64,000 nt of DNA, from assembly GCA_041742785.1 (NCBI GenBank), contig JBGTOA010000032.1:6145-70144 (forward strand), written 5' to 3'. Positions 24,461 to 33,142 of the stretch are shown piece after piece (the stretch's first letter is position 1; the number at the start of each line of letters is the position of its first letter). This stretch comes from Pyrinomonadaceae bacterium. GTDB taxonomy: Bacteria > Acidobacteriota > Blastocatellia > Pyrinomonadales > Pyrinomonadaceae. The notes beneath the pieces are model-generated. The model had not been told where the DNA came from. It did not search any database and saw only the letters and a program-made list of their open reading frames with translations. Both the position numbers and the translations under genes were made by a program.

Positions 24461-26788
24461 ATGGTCACTCGATCCGAAATTCTCGTGCGTGGCATCGTGC
24501 AAGGCGTCGGCTTTCGTCCGTTTGTCTACACGCAGGCCAACCGTCTTGATCTGCGCGGCCGGGTGCGTAATAACACGACCGGAGTCTTGATCGAACTTGA
24601 GGGCAAACATGGCGACATCGAACAGTTCGTTTCGGATCTCAAAGCGAAGGCGCCGCCGCTTTCCGCAATCGAATCCGTTGAATGCAATCACTACCTGGCG
24701 CCGGTCGATTATTCCGACTTTGTTATCCTGGAAAGCGCTCACGAGCTGGAGAACGATGAGCAGTTTGTTCCCGTCTCGGCGGACGTCGCGACCTGCGCCG
24801 ACTGCCTCCGCGAATTGTTTGACCCCGCAGATCGCCGTTATCAATATCCTTTCATCAACTGCACCAACTGCGGCCCGCGCTTCACGATCATTGAAGACAT
24901 TCCCTACGATCGCGAACGCACGACCATGCGCGAATTTGAGATGTGCGCCGACTGTCGCGCTGAATATGATGATCCACTGAACCGCCGCTTCCATGCCGAA
25001 CCGACTGCCTGCGACAAGTGTGGACCGCGAGTGTTCCTGTCAGAACCGCCTGCGTCAGCGTTCGGTTTAAGCCTAAACAACCCGCCCGCTAACGCAGACG
25101 GTTCTGACACTATCGCCACCGCACGTGATTTCTTATTGGCGGGAAGAGTTCTCGCCATCAAGGGCATTGGCGGTTTTCACCTCGCCTGCGACGGGCTTAA
25201 CGCAGAAGCGGTCGAAAACCTGCGCCAGCGAAAATATCGCGAGGACAAACCGTTTGCGCTGATGGCCGCCTCGGTAGCGGTCATCCGAGAACACTGCGAA
25301 GTCTCTCGTGAGGAAGAAGCACTGCTGTTGTCTACCTGCCGGCCTATTGTGTTGCTGGAACGGAGATCGAGTTCGACTATTCCGCGTGCTGTTGCGCCGG
25401 GAGTTAACAACCTCGGCTTCATGTTGCCGTATTCACCATTGCATCACCTGCTGCTGAAAGATCTGGATCGACCCTTGGTTATGACCAGCGGGAACGTTTC
25501 GGATGAACCGATTTGTTTTGGCGACGCGCAAGCGGTCAATCGGTTGGGAAGAATTGCGGACTACTTCCTCGTTCACGACCGGCGCATTCACATGCGCACG
25601 GATGATTCAGTGACGCGTGTGCAAGACGGTCGTGAGATCGTCTTGCGCCGTTCGCGCGGATACGCGCCTGAGCCGATCAAAACCACTCACAAATTTCGAA
25701 CGCAGGTTCTGGCTTGCGGCGCGGAGTTGAAGAACACGTTTTGTCTGACGCGCGACCACTACGCCTTTGTTAGTCATCACATCGGCGATCTGGAAAACCT
25801 GGAGACGTTGCAGTCGTTCACTGAAGGAATCGAACACTTTAAACGACTATTTCATGTGCGTCCGGAAGCAGTCGCGTACGACCTGCATCCTGAGTATTTG
25901 TCGACGAAATACGCACTGGCGCTCGAAGATATCTCCACGAAGATTCCGATCCAGCATCATCATGCGCACATTGCAAGCTGCATAGCCGATAACGAAATTG
26001 ACGGCGAAGTGATCGGCGTGGCGCTGGATGGGCTCGGCTTCGGCACGGACGGCCGTTTGTGGGGCGGCGAATTCTTCGTTGCAAACTTTCTTAAAGCGGA
26101 GCGCATCGCGCATCTGGCCAACGTCCCCATGCCGGGAGGCGCGAAAGCGATTCGCGAGCCCTGGCGCATGGCGGCCGTTTACCTGCACCAGGCTTTTGGA
26201 GATGAGTTCGTTAATCTGGATCTGCCGTTCATACAGGAACTGAAGCGGCGCGACTGGCCCGCGCTGCGCAGCATGATTGCGGCGCGAACCAACTGTCCGG
26301 AAACGTCAAGCATGGGCCGGCTCTTTGATGCGGTGTCCAGCCTGCTTGGTGTTCGTTCTTTAGTGAACTACGAAGGGCAGGCGGCGATCGAGTTGGAAGC
26401 GCTGGCCGGTCGAGGTTCTGCGCAGTCGTACGAATTCAGAATAAGCGATGGTAAGTTGATCGAGGCGCAAAACGTGATTCATTCCGCTGTCTCTGATTTG
26501 CTCGGCGGCACTCCGCCGGCAGTTGTTTCTGGGCGATTTCATCGGGCCGTGGCTCAGCTGATTGCCAGAATCGCGAATCAGATAAGGGAAGAGCGGAAGC
26601 TGAATCGCGTTGCCTTATCCGGTGGCGTGTTTCAGAATCTGTTGCTGCTGAGTCAAACCAAACAACTATTGCGAGCAAGTGGCTTTGAAGTTTTCTCCCA
26701 TCGGCGTGTGCCGACCAACGACGGCGGCATTTCATTGGGACAAGCATCAATCGCGAACGCGCGAATAAAGTCAGGGAGGATTACCTAA
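24461..26788 (+). CDS. hypF: carbamoyltransferase HypF
   Basis: An acylphosphatase-like N-terminus (VRGIVQGVGFRPFVY) is followed by two CxxC zinc-finger pairs (CADCLRE...NCTNCGPRFTII and CADCRAEY...CDKCGPR), then YrdC and Kae1-like domains. Confidence 0.95.
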   Translation: MVTRSEILVRGIVQGVGFRPFVYTQANRLDLRGRVRNNTTGVLIELEGKHGDIEQFVSDLKAKAPPLSAIESVECNHYLAPVDYSDFVILESAHELENDEQFVPVSADVATCADCLRELFDPADRRYQYPFINCTNCGPRFTIIEDIPYDRERTTMREFEMCADCRAEYDDPLNRRFHAEPTACDKCGPRVFLSEPPASAFGLSLNNPPANADGSDTIATARDFLLAGRVLAIKGIGGFHLACDGLNAEAVENLRQRKYREDKPFALMAASVAVIREHCEVSREEEALLLSTCRPIVLLERRSSSTIPRAVAPGVNNLGFMLPYSPLHHLLLKDLDRPLVMTSGNVSDEPICFGDAQAVNRLGRIADYFLVHDRRIHMRTDDSVTRVQDGREIVLRRSRGYAPEPIKTTHKFRTQVLACGAELKNTFCLTRDHYAFVSHHIGDLENLETLQSFTEGIEHFKRLFHVRPEAVAYDLHPEYLSTKYALALEDISTKIPIQHHHAHIASCIADNEIDGEVIGVALDGLGFGTDGRLWGGEFFVANFLKAERIAHLANVPMPGGAKAIREPWRMAAVYLHQAFGDEFVNLDLPFIQELKRRDWPALRSMIAARTNCPETSSMGRLFDAVSSLLGVRSLVNYEGQAAIELEALAGRGSAQSYEFRISDGKLIEAQNVIHSAVSDLLGGTPPAVVSGRFHRAVAQLIARIANQIREERKLNRVALSGGVFQNLLLLSQTKQLLRASGFEVFSHRRVPTNDGGISLGQASIANARIKSGRIT

Positions 26789-27055
26789 ATGTGCCTGGCC
26801 ATACCCGGCAAGATCGTCGAAATCGTCGATGTGGATAACTCCATCGCGAAAGTGGACGTCGGCGGCGTAAAGCGCAACATCAACATTGGCATGTTGGACA
26901 AAGAAGAAGCGCGCGTGGGCGACTATGTGCTGATTCACGTGGGCTTCGCGATGAGCAAGGTTGACGAGAAAGAAGCCGAAGATACGCTCAGGATACTTAA
27001 GGAGATTGGCGAGTTTGATCTGGAGTTTGAGCAGTTTAAGACGGTGGTGGAATAG
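26789..27055 (+). CDS. hypC: hydrogenase assembly chaperone HypC
   Basis: MCLAIPGKIVEI... The ATG directly follows the hypF stop. Confidence 0.93.
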   Translation: MCLAIPGKIVEIVDVDNSIAKVDVGGVKRNINIGMLDKEEARVGDYVLIHVGFAMSKVDEKEAEDTLRILKEIGEFDLEFEQFKTVVE

Positions 27056-27061
27056 TCAGAA

Positions 27062-27778
27062 ATGAGCAAACCGCTAGTTGACGATTTCTCGCGTTCCTTC
27101 TATCCGTTTCTGCACGACGAGCAGAAGCAGCCGGAAGACCTGATGGAGGAAATGACTTTCTCGTTGCTGGAGAAAGTGCGTGAGAGCGTCGAAGTTAAGA
27201 CGAAGTTTTTTGCAGCTAACAAAGAAGCCGTCATCGCTGCCTCGCTTGAACTCGCCAGGGCATTTCACCGCGGGCGCAAGCTTTTGGTTTGCGGGAATGG
27301 TGGATCTGCTACTGACGCCCAGCATGTTGCGGTTGAGTTTATGCATCCGATCACGGTGGGCCGGAAAGCGCTGCCAGCGATTTGTTTGTCAAACGATATG
27401 GCGATGGTGACGGCGGTCGCGAATGACGTCGGCTTCGATGATGTCTTCAGCCGCCAGATCATTGCGCTTGGTTCAGCCGGCGATGTCTTGTTGGGAATAT
27501 CGACCAGCGGCAATTCCGAGAATTTGTTGCACGCCTTCGCTACCGCTCGCCGCATGAAACTCGCGACGATTGGTTTCGCAGGCGACGATGGCGGGAAGAT
27601 GGCGGCGGTTTCGACTGGGCTAGTCGATCATTGTCTGACAGTGCCAACGTCGAGCATTCATCGCATACAGGAATCGCACGTGGCGCTTTATCACATCATG
27701 TGGGATCTGGTGCATACGTTTTTGCAAAGTAGGTCGCTGGTTGAAGACGAGGCACCAGCCACAGATGAACACGGATAA
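27062..27778 (+). CDS. SIS-domain protein (GmhA/DiaA-like phosphosugar isomerase fold) embedded in the hyp operon
   Basis: LLVCGNGGSATDAQHVAVEF...GISTSGNSENL. It starts 6 nt after hypC. Confidence 0.8.
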   Translation: MSKPLVDDFSRSFYPFLHDEQKQPEDLMEEMTFSLLEKVRESVEVKTKFFAANKEAVIAASLELARAFHRGRKLLVCGNGGSATDAQHVAVEFMHPITVGRKALPAICLSNDMAMVTAVANDVGFDDVFSRQIIALGSAGDVLLGISTSGNSENLLHAFATARRMKLATIGFAGDDGGKMAAVSTGLVDHCLTVPTSSIHRIQESHVALYHIMWDLVHTFLQSRSLVEDEAPATDEHG

Positions 27779-27894
27779 AGACGGATCAGACTAAAAGTTG
27801 ACGCAAAATGAATGCACAAGAGTTGAACGCCTGGTCCTGCACTGAGCCGCGTGAATCCGCGTGAATCCGTGGCCTATTCTGAGGAGTTTTCAAA

Positions 27895-29022
27895 ATGAAA
27901 TTCATTGACGAATACAGGCAAAGCGATCTGGCACTCAAACTGGCCGATCAAATCGCGCGCTTGACGACGCAACCATTGAAGCTGATGGAAGTTTGCGGCG
28001 GGCATACGCATACTATTTTCAAATATGGTATCGAGGATTTGCTGCCGCGGAACATCGAGATGATTCACGGGCCCGGTTGCCCGGTGTGCGTGATTCCGCT
28101 CGGCCGCGTGGACGATGCGATTTCAATCGCCCAACAACCCGACGTCATCTTCACCACCTTCGGCGATGCTATGCGAGTGCCTGGATCGAAGACGAGCCTG
28201 CTTGACGCCAAGGCATCCGGTGCAGATGTACGCATGGTCTATTCGCCGCTCGATTCATTGAAGATTGCGAAGAAGAACCCGGAAAAGCAGGTAGTGTTTT
28301 TGGGTTTGGGTTTTGAAACGACCGCCCCTTCCAGCGCGATGACTGTGCTGCAGGCAGCGAAAGAGAATGTGGAGAACTTCAGCTTGTTTTGCAATCACAT
28401 CACGATCATTCCGGCGTTGAAGGCCATGCTTGATTCGCCTGACCTGAAGCTCGATGGATTTGTCGGCCCCGGTCACGTGAGCACGGTAATTGGAACGCGC
28501 TGTTATGATTTTGTGCCACGCGATTACGGCAAGCCGATAGTCGTTACAGGATTTGAACCGCTCGACATACTCCAGTCGGTATTCATGATCGTGAAACAGG
28601 TTGTGGAGGACCGCGCTGAAGTTGAGAACCAGTATGGTCGCGTAGTTAATCGCGAAGGTAATAAGCGCGCTCTTGAGGCTTTGTTTGAAGTGTTCGAGCC
28701 ACGCGAGTTTTTCGAGTGGCGTGGGCTGGGTTCCATTCCGCATAGTGGGATGCGTTTGCGGCAGCAGTATGCGGCGTTTGATGCGGAGCTGAAATACAGC
28801 GTGCCGGGCTTGCGCATTGCGGATCCGAAGGCCTGCCAGTGTGGGGAGATTTTGAAGGGCGTGAAGAAACCCTGGGAGTGCAAGGTGTTTGGCACGGCCT
28901 GCACGCCGGAAACGCCGATTGGATCCTGCATGGTTTCGTCGGAAGGCGCGTGCGCTGCTTACTATAATTTTGGGCGGCTCTCGAAGATCGCTGAGAGATC
29001 GACCTCGGCGCCAGCGAGTTGA
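27895..29022 (+). CDS. hypD: hydrogenase maturation protein HypD
   Basis: Motifs present are MEVCGGHTH, GPGCPVCV, GFETTAP and GPGHVS. Confidence 0.95.
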   Translation: MKFIDEYRQSDLALKLADQIARLTTQPLKLMEVCGGHTHTIFKYGIEDLLPRNIEMIHGPGCPVCVIPLGRVDDAISIAQQPDVIFTTFGDAMRVPGSKTSLLDAKASGADVRMVYSPLDSLKIAKKNPEKQVVFLGLGFETTAPSSAMTVLQAAKENVENFSLFCNHITIIPALKAMLDSPDLKLDGFVGPGHVSTVIGTRCYDFVPRDYGKPIVVTGFEPLDILQSVFMIVKQVVEDRAEVENQYGRVVNREGNKRALEALFEVFEPREFFEWRGLGSIPHSGMRLRQQYAAFDAELKYSVPGLRIADPKACQCGEILKGVKKPWECKVFGTACTPETPIGSCMVSSEGACAAYYNFGRLSKIAERSTSAPAS

Positions 29023-29054
29023 TTAGTCGATGTTACGGCCATGCCGTTTGATGT

Positions 29055-29079
29055 GCCGGAAAGGCTCTGCCTTTCCGGC
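29055..29079. repeat. perfect 11-bp hairpin GCCGGAAAGGC-tct-GCCTTTCCGGC
   Basis: It lies in the 205-nt hypD-hypE spacer. A related copy is at 29176-29196. Confidence 0.75.
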
Positions 29080-29175
29080 AGGCTCATTCATGATTAAGCT
29101 ATGCCTTTCTTAAATTTGAGCAGCAGACAGGAATTCAGCAAGAGGCGGAGCCTCCCAGTTTAGAAAATACGGTTT

Positions 29176-29196
29176 CGGAAAGGCAAAACCTTTCCG
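29176..29196. repeat. hairpin CGGAAAGG-caaaa-CCTTTCCG
   Basis: This is the second member of the CGGAAAGG palindrome pair, ~30 nt upstream of the hypE ATG. Confidence 0.7.
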
Positions 29197-29227
29197 CACA
29201 TCAGACGGCAAAGCTGCGGAAATCGAA

Positions 29228-30370
29228 ATGACCAACGTATTCACGCCAACGCCACTGTTCGAAAGAGTTGAGCGCGCGCGGCGGCGGAAACACAAGTTTC
29301 GTGACACGCAGATCACGCTGGCGCACGGCAGCGGCGGCCGCGCCATGCACGAGTTGATTGAAGGACTCTTTCTCGAATACCTTCGCAATCCGCTGCTCGA
29401 AAAACTTGAAGACCAGGCAGTGTTTGAGATTGGTCCCGCGCCAGAAACAATTGCCGGACTTAACGGCAACGGCCACGCGCGCACTCGCGTCGCTTTCACC
29501 ACCGACTCTTACGTCGTCGATCCGATCTTTTTCCCCGGCGGCGACATTGGCAAGCTTTCGATCCACGGCACCGTCAATGATCTGGCGATGAGCGGCGCGC
29601 GGCCACTCTATCTTTCCGCCGGATTCATTCTCGAAGAAGGATTTCCCATCGAGGACCTGAAACACATACTTGCCTCGATGCGGGATGCGGCGGCTGAAGC
29701 CGGCGTTGCTGTGGTGACGGGCGATACCAAGGTTGTCCAGAAGGGCGGCGCCGACAAACTCTTCATCAACACGGCGGGCGTAGGTGTTGTTGAGTTGCCG
29801 GTAAACCTCTCAGCCACGCGAGCGCAAGTGGGCGATAAGGTGATCCTGAGCGGCACACTCGGCGACCATGGCACGACGATCATGATTGCGCGCGGCGAAC
29901 TCGAGCTCGAAACGGATATTGAGAGCGACAGCGCGCCGCTGAATTCTCTAGTGCAGGAGATGTTGGCTGAGGCGGTGAGATTGGGAGCGCTCGATCAGGT
30001 TCATTGTTTGCGCGATCCGACGCGTGGTGGCGCCGCCACGACGCTGAATGAGATCGCGATGAGTTCCGAAGTGTGCATCGAAATTGAAGAGGATCGCATT
30101 CCGGTGCGCGAAGAAGTGAAAGGCGCCTGCGAGATACTCGGGCTCGATCCGCTTTACGTTGCCAACGAAGGAAAGCTAATTGCGATTGTATCCGCGGAGA
30201 TCGCTGACCATTTGGTCGCCCGGATGAAACTCAATCGTTACTGCTCTGAGGCCTGCATCATCGGCGAAGTGAAGGCGGAGCCGCAGGGGATTGTGGCAAT
30301 GCGCACGGGCTTTGGCGGCACACGCATCGTAGACATGCTGGTTGGCGAACAGTTGCCCAGAATTTGTTAA
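29228..30370 (+). CDS. hypE: hydrogenase maturation protein HypE
   Basis: ITLAHGSGGRAMHELI, a PurM-like fold, and the C-terminal PRIC motif. Confidence 0.95.
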   Translation: MTNVFTPTPLFERVERARRRKHKFRDTQITLAHGSGGRAMHELIEGLFLEYLRNPLLEKLEDQAVFEIGPAPETIAGLNGNGHARTRVAFTTDSYVVDPIFFPGGDIGKLSIHGTVNDLAMSGARPLYLSAGFILEEGFPIEDLKHILASMRDAAAEAGVAVVTGDTKVVQKGGADKLFINTAGVGVVELPVNLSATRAQVGDKVILSGTLGDHGTTIMIARGELELETDIESDSAPLNSLVQEMLAEAVRLGALDQVHCLRDPTRGGAATTLNEIAMSSEVCIEIEEDRIPVREEVKGACEILGLDPLYVANEGKLIAIVSAEIADHLVARMKLNRYCSEACIIGEVKAEPQGIVAMRTGFGGTRIVDMLVGEQLPRIC

Positions 30371-30449
30371 TGCGCATCGGACCCCCAAAAACCGGGAGCG
30401 CGATAACTTCAATCGCGGAAATTACGCTTGGCGAAAGCAAAAGATTCAC

Positions 30450-30920
30450 CGACCAGGCGCTTTGACCGCACGTGCTTTTACTGCGGTTGAAGACGTCGTC
30501 TACCTGGGCTTGGGCGTTTTGCTGGCGGGCCGCGCACTGGCGCTCCTGCTCAGCAGCGGGATCAATTTTGTTCAGAACCGGTTGGCCCGATCCTTAACGA
30601 TGAATATCGTGCCACGTGCCACTGTTGGATCGGCTGCTGCTGATTCTCTTAGTGGTTGAGTTGTTATACACGGTTCAGGTTTCTTTGCGCGAACACCGTC
30701 TTATTCCGGAGTCGTTCCTGCTCGTTGGACTCATCGCTGGCATCCGGCGTGTACTGGTTTGACCGCGGAGTTTGCGCAAGTCAAGGAGCAGACTGCGGAA
30801 GTGCTTCAGCACTTGATCGTTGAACTAACTGTCTTGACGTTTTTGATTGTCGCTCTGGTTGTTTCCCTCGTGCTCCTGCGCAAACGCGGAGTGACGGCGG
30901 TTGCCGAAGGCGCAACTTGA
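30450..30920 (+). pseudogene. PsiE-like small membrane protein gene broken by at least two frame changes
   Basis: Three consecutive frames encode FTAVEDVVYLGLGVLLAGRALALLL, then LLDRLLLILLVVELLYTVQVSLREHRLIPESFLLVGLIAGIRRVLV, then LTAEFAQVKEQ...LTVLTFLIVALVVSLVLLRKRG. The frame switches are near 30620 and 30762. Confidence 0.45.
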
Positions 30921-30952
30921 GCGCAGTGCTTGGAGCATCTAAGTTCCTTTGT

Positions 30953-31726
30953 ATGGAAACATCATTAACATCAGTTGGCGTGTTCGCTTTGCTCGGGCTG
31001 GGACTTGTCTTCGGCTTGAAGCATGCGACTGAAGTAGATCACGTCGTAGCGGTTTCGACGATCGTCAGCGAACATCGCAGCGTCATGCGCTCGGCACTGG
31101 TAGGCGGTTTGTGGGGCGTGGGCCACACCGCATCGCTGATCATCGTTGGCGTCTTAGTGCTCGTCTTCCGGGTGGCCATTCCCTTGCGCGTGGCGCACTG
31201 GCTCGAGTTTGGCGTGGCGTTGATGATAATCGCGCTGGGCGTCTTAGCCCTCACGCGAGCACTGCAAAAACGCTCGGACGTGCACCTTCATCGACACAGC
31301 CACGATGGACAGTCGCACGTGCACATTCACTTTCACGAACAGGGCACTGAACACGCAACCGCCGCCTCCAATTCTTCGCCAACATCTTCACACTCACATG
31401 CGATTGCCAGCTTGGGGTTCAAACCGCTTCTGGTTGGCGCCATGCACGGCCTGGCGGGATCCGCGGCGTTGACGTTGCTGGTCTTAACACAGATTCAGTC
31501 GGTCTCGCTGGGATTGATTTACCTGGGGCTATTCGGTGTCGGGTCCACTCTTGGCATGCTGCTGATGTCTGGCCTAATCGGATTGCCGTTCGCTCTGAGT
31601 GCGCGACGACTTTACCGCTTCCACTATGGACTCCAAACAGTTGCAGGCGGGCTGAGTATTGCCTTCGGATTGTGGTACGCGTATGAGACAGCCATTGTTA
31701 ACATTCTGTGGCCAACCATTCCGTAA
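30953..31726 (+). CDS. nickel/cobalt transporter-like membrane protein (NicO/UreH-type, HX4DH motif, His-rich loop)
   Basis: LKHATEVDHVVAV (H-x4-D-H), GLWGVGHTASL, a cytoplasmic loop HLHRHSHDGQSHVHIHFHEQGTEH, and about 6-7 TM helices. Confidence 0.75.
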   Translation: METSLTSVGVFALLGLGLVFGLKHATEVDHVVAVSTIVSEHRSVMRSALVGGLWGVGHTASLIIVGVLVLVFRVAIPLRVAHWLEFGVALMIIALGVLALTRALQKRSDVHLHRHSHDGQSHVHIHFHEQGTEHATAASNSSPTSSHSHAIASLGFKPLLVGAMHGLAGSAALTLLVLTQIQSVSLGLIYLGLFGVGSTLGMLLMSGLIGLPFALSARRLYRFHYGLQTVAGGLSIAFGLWYAYETAIVNILWPTIP

Positions 31727-31985
31727 GGTACGCCACTCTTCCGTTTGTCTCACCCCTCAAACCAGTTCGAGAAATCAGATCTGCGTGTTGTTAGGAATGG
31801 CACCAAGAACAAGGAGCCACGGCTTGCATGTAACAGACCACCGCACGCAATCCCAGACCGGGGCCTGCTCGTCGGCATTGCTTGATCCTCGCGAGCGGGC
31901 TTTCCAGAAGCGCGCGATATCGTCCATTAAGGAAATGCATCGGGCGCGGGCAGTAAGGAAGAATGTTTAAAGTACCGAGGAATAT

Positions 31986-32125
31986 TGGCGTCCCGTACGG
32001 GAGTCGAACCCGTGTCGCCGCAAAGGGAAGCGACCTATTGTAATTCAACGGAACTTAGCGGCATGGATAGCACTCTACCGCACTTCAAGGACTCACGGGA
32101 ACTCTTATTGGACGTTTAATGGACG
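31986..32125 (-). repeat. tRNA-Glu 3' copy (core 31986-32021) plus ~100-nt flank shared with 9806-9949
   Basis: 31986-32021 is identical to 36680-36715. The flank gaagcgacctattgtaattcaacggaacttagcggcatggatagcactctaccgcacttcaaggactcacggg matches copy 1. Confidence 0.85.
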
Positions 32126-32362
32126 TGTGATTGCTCTCAGGCAAGGGGCTAACTTTCGTCAACTGGACAACGGATTTTAAGTCCGTTCAGAGGCACCAAC
32201 CTAATCTCACCAAACCCTACAACCCAATATTTATCGGACTAGCGGCCGTCAAAGTGGTGTTACGTCTCGCTCTATATCAACACAAAAAGTCCCCCATCTT
32301 CCCCTCATCTCGAAATTCAATTTGTAACAGGTCTGGCCCTTGGGAGACTGTCTGAAAAGAAG

Positions 32363-32863
32363 TCACTGACTTATAGTGAATTGATAGCACCGACTCGTCA
32401 GCACGACTGCGGAGGTCGACTCTTCGATTACCCTGAAATGAATGTCAAACTCTGAACCAGGGGGAAAGGCGGCTACGCTGCGAAACAGTCGTTCCCGGCC
32501 CTTTCCGGTATCGTCGGTCGTGATGGACTGTGGCTGAAGACCCTTACCCAGAGTGAGCCAGGCTGTGCTTGTGCAATTGTCGTCGACGACGGGATCCACT
32601 GCCCGCTGCAAAAGGTAACTCGTGTTCGGCGTGAGGTCGCGCAGCCAAACGTCGAGATAGATAATGAAGTCGCCGTCATTGGGCTGGCGGAACTTCACGT
32701 GGCCGAACCCTTGTCCGCGCAGAATAACCTCCAGGTTGAAGGAGGGTGTTTCTGGTCCCCAGGGCGGCTCCACCTGGGCAACCGCGGAGGAACTCAGTGA
32801 CAATAAGACTAACAACGCGAGCAGTGCTGGTGTGACTCTTACGAGTGATTTGCGTTTCTGCAT
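32363..32863 (-). CDS. secreted hypothetical protein
   Basis: 166 aa with signal peptide MQKRKSLVRVTPALLALLVLLSLSSSAVAQ. I recognise no family. Confidence 0.6.
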   Translation of the reverse strand: MQKRKSLVRVTPALLALLVLLSLSSSAVAQVEPPWGPETPSFNLEVILRGQGFGHVKFRQPNDGDFIIYLDVWLRDLTPNTSYLLQRAVDPVVDDNCTSTAWLTLGKGLQPQSITTDDTGKGRERLFRSVAAFPPGSEFDIHFRVIEESTSAVVLTSRCYQFTISQ

Positions 32864-33142
32864 GTCAATTCTCCTTTTGTGCGTTGATGTACGACTCTAT
32901 TTCCGTCGCGACGGCAAGGGCAGCTCTCGCTCGACTCATTGCTGCTATCCACATTTCGCTAGGTCTAAACGATCAATGGAATAGCCAAATACCGCCTTCT
33001 AATAGGTCGTCTCTGGCCGTATAATGCAGAGTCCAATGCTTTGGCAGCCTCGTCGTCGCTTGGCCGCACACCCTACAAGGAGCGCAGTCAGGAAGTCCTC
33101 AACGTGCGGTTAATTAGTTCTTAATTAGTTTTTAATGCAGCT

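Larger units (their letters stand above)
9806..32125. mobile_element. candidate ~22 kb genomic island carrying the complete hydrogenase system, bounded by direct tRNA-Glu-derived repeats
   Basis: Direct repeats lie at 9806-9949 and 31986-32125 in the same orientation as tRNA-Glu at 36680-36755. A serine recombinase abuts the left repeat. No recombinase lies inside the segment. Confidence 0.4.

Noticed and set aside
24407-24994. 195-aa minus-strand ORF overlapping the hypF 5' end
   Set aside because: The plus strand encodes the canonical HypF acylphosphatase and zinc-finger region, so the antisense ORF is spurious.
31791-32048. 85-aa minus-strand ORF spanning tRNA-repeat copy 2, checked as a possible integrase remnant
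   Set aside because: No integrase motifs (R..HxxR..Y or a serine-recombinase catalytic block) are recognisable in any frame of 31740-31985. The ORF largely translates the repeat itself.
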